In this document: positions 61,761-64,000 of the stretch, one piece after another
Numbering within the stretch: the first letter of the stretch is position 1
Layout of the letters: every line of letters starts with the position of its first letter
Made by a program: the position numbers and the translations under genes
From: Eledone cirrhosa
Lineage: Eukaryota
NCBI GenBank assembly: GCA_964016885.1
Contig: OZ024750.1
Location: 49,228,001-49,292,000, forward strand
Direction: 5' to 3'
Length of the DNA stretch: 64,000 nucleotides
Notes under the pieces: generated by a model
What the model saw: only the letters and a program-made list of their open reading frames with translations
What the model was told of the DNA's origin: nothing
The model's database searches: none

Positions 61761-62952
61761 TATTGGAACATGTTCCATAAAGTAGTACCTTCACATCCTA
61801 TATTGATGCAATTTGAAGTATTGAATTATCCACTGAAATAAAGAATTACCCTCCTTTCATTCACTTTGAACAAATTTACTTATCTATGCAGAATATAAAA
61901 ATGTAAATATTCTCTAAACTACAACCAGCGAAGCTACTGTTTATGACATCAAATAAAACTGCAGCACTAAAATGAATAGGCATTAATGATGTAGATTCTA
62001 ATGTTATTTAGATACTGATATATCAAATCAAATTTATGTGAAACATATATTTGAGCATATACATGCTTAAGTACGCAATGGACGCAACAAACTGTCAGAA
62101 AATATTTTCTATTACACATATACACATACTGAAACACATACGCACACGCATACGTGCAACTGCATATATATATATATATCATTATATATAGGTGTATATG
62201 AGGGTTGGTTTGAGTGTGTACATGTTTATGTGTGTGTATGTGTGTGTATGCGTGCTATGTTCGTATACACAGGTGTACAATTTAAATGAAACATGTATAA
62301 ATATTTAATTGCAATATAACCTCATCTCATTTATTGTTCCTGGAGAATTTAATTAAGTTTAACTGTCAGATGCCAACTCTAATTGAACAAATGTATATTG
62401 CGCAATGAAAAGAAAAGAAAAAAATAATAATCAACATGTTTGTATTATTTCTTATGAAGTTAAAGTCTGAATGAATGGATGGAAATCAATAAAATGTGTA
62501 ACGAAGATCGTCTTTAGTGATTGTATTGGCATTTGATCTTTAACCGGGATATTGGTAGTGACTATTGGCCTGCAAATAATCGTTCACTGAATAGAAAACA
62601 CACTACACCATCATAATATTTTATTGCTAGTAAATAAAAAATAAATTGTTGTGGATAAATATCAATATCCGAGTAGTATAGCTTAAATAACACTTCAGAG
62701 GAAATGATTTGCTTCTCTATAAAAAAGAAAGATGAAATAGAAAACTGTGAGTTAATTGAATTATTGTCTGCATTAAAACGATCCTTTACATCAACAGTAA
62801 TTATTTACAAAAGTTAACCTAGAAATTATAGCTCAATAATTAATGAAGTTTAGATTTACACTAATCCAACTTACGAAGCATCAACATGATTAAATGTGAA
62901 ACAATGCTTTACCCCCTCACACACATACATACATACATATATACATATATAC

Positions 62953-63009
<57 letters not shown>

Positions 63010-63690
63010 ATACAATAACAGAAATAGTTTAAAGCTAAACTCTGACTGGTAACCATCTCACTCAACAAACATTAGGTTATATTAAAATATAAACCCAATT
63101 TAAGTGTTTGGGGTGCTAACAATATGTATAATGTGGAAAAACCAGTTGTATTATTTTATGAGATATAATTAAAGTTAAAGTATATCTCTATTTCCAAACA
63201 ATTGTTTCATTATAAGTTTTCTACAAGTTTGGGAGAATGTTTCCAGTTTATGTAGAAGCCTAATATATAGTCATGTAAGAATATATTTAGGTGGGCACTT
63301 ATAAATCCTCAGTGGAAGCCCATTAAACATTGAAATAAGAATACAATTTGCTACCGATGTCAAAAATCATGTCCGTAAAGTTGGTCTCTCTCACCTCGAA
63401 TGACCGCTAAATTTGAAATTCCAGCAGTTTCTGACTGAGGAAGTATCATAGCGAGACGAAGCGGGAAGGGGAGACAACTCACGAAATGAGGAAAAAATAA
63501 TAATATACACGCGGGTTAATTAGTTTTTTTGAAAACATTATCAATCCAACGTGTTTAAGAACTCAATTGAAAATAAAAAAAATAAATATATGCTTGTATA
63601 AATTACACACGCATATAGATATTTTCTTAGGCTAAATCAGAAGTTGTACCCGAATAAGAACCGCTTCTCATAACCGCAGTAAATGCAGAA
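63010..63690 (-). repeat. Diverged single copy of the 705-bp hammerhead repeat
   Basis: Shared blocks CTCACTCAACAAACATTAGG, GGGGTGCTAAC, GTGGGC, CCAGCAGTT, AAGAACTCAATTG. (TA)n flanks. Confidence 0.85.
63192..63317 (-). ncRNA. Hammerhead motif
   Basis: ttcca CTGAGGA tttataag...cttataat GAAA caattg TT tggaa. Confidence 0.8.
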
Positions 63691-63719
63691 CATTATATAT
63701 ATATATATATATATATAAA

Positions 63720-63950
63720 CAAGCAAATTTTAAACGTAAACATGTAAGTAAGTTTTTGAAACGGTGCGCGAGTTTGAAATTAGAAATTATAAGCTTTCAC
63801 CGTATTTTAGACTAAAGAAATTTCTAGCCTGATAGTGGGGTTTATAACCCTCGGAGAAATGGAAAAAAATGAGTGCTGCCGTACATGGGAGTCGAACCCA
63901 CATCTTTGGTTATCCGACCCACTGTGCTACCATTACACCAATACACATCC
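63720..63950 (-). mobile_element. tRNA-headed repeat (Pol III A and B boxes) ending at (TA)n
   Basis: Minus strand TGGTGTAATGG...GGTTCGACTCC. Second copy at 23909-24101. Confidence 0.75.
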
Positions 63951-64000
63951 CATCTCCTTCCATTCGAATTAGAAGCTATGAACTTAGCAAGTGAATGATA

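Noticed and set aside
63820-63865. CTGATAG...GAGAAA near-hammerhead (also at ~23965-24005)
   Set aside because: The core does not match CUGANGA; it is better explained as a plain hairpin.
63878-63947. Functional tRNA gene
   Set aside because: Acceptor and anticodon stems pair poorly and the sequence is part of a repeated element.

Overview
AT-rich, microsatellite-saturated eukaryotic intergenic DNA. The SINE types resemble octopus repeats, so a cephalopod origin is likely (inference). No host protein-coding gene is supported, and nearly all listed ORFs are translations of (TA)n/(CA)n/(GA)n repeats. The window is a mosaic of decayed mobile elements: at least four coding Penelope-like elements (RT plus C-terminal GIY-YIG, Hydra-clade-like motifs), CR1-like and RTE-like LINE fragments, a decayed Helitron Rep region, an internally deleted mariner and tRNA-derived SINEs. 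The main hidden signal is RNA structure. By eye I find about 21 type I hammerhead ribozyme (HHR) motifs with intact CUGANGA/GAAA/UH cores and about 15 degenerate ones, from roughly ten sequence families. Almost all sit in fold-back (inverted-repeat) elements inserted in (TA)n. Highlights are a non-coding ~705-bp tandem repeat with one hammerhead per unit (retrozyme-like, with a covarying diverged homolog), palindromes that fold back at hammerhead stem II, a conserved C-C/C-U mismatch at stem II position 4, and a shared downstream hairpin. All structures were read manually and are untested. Element boundaries are approximate.
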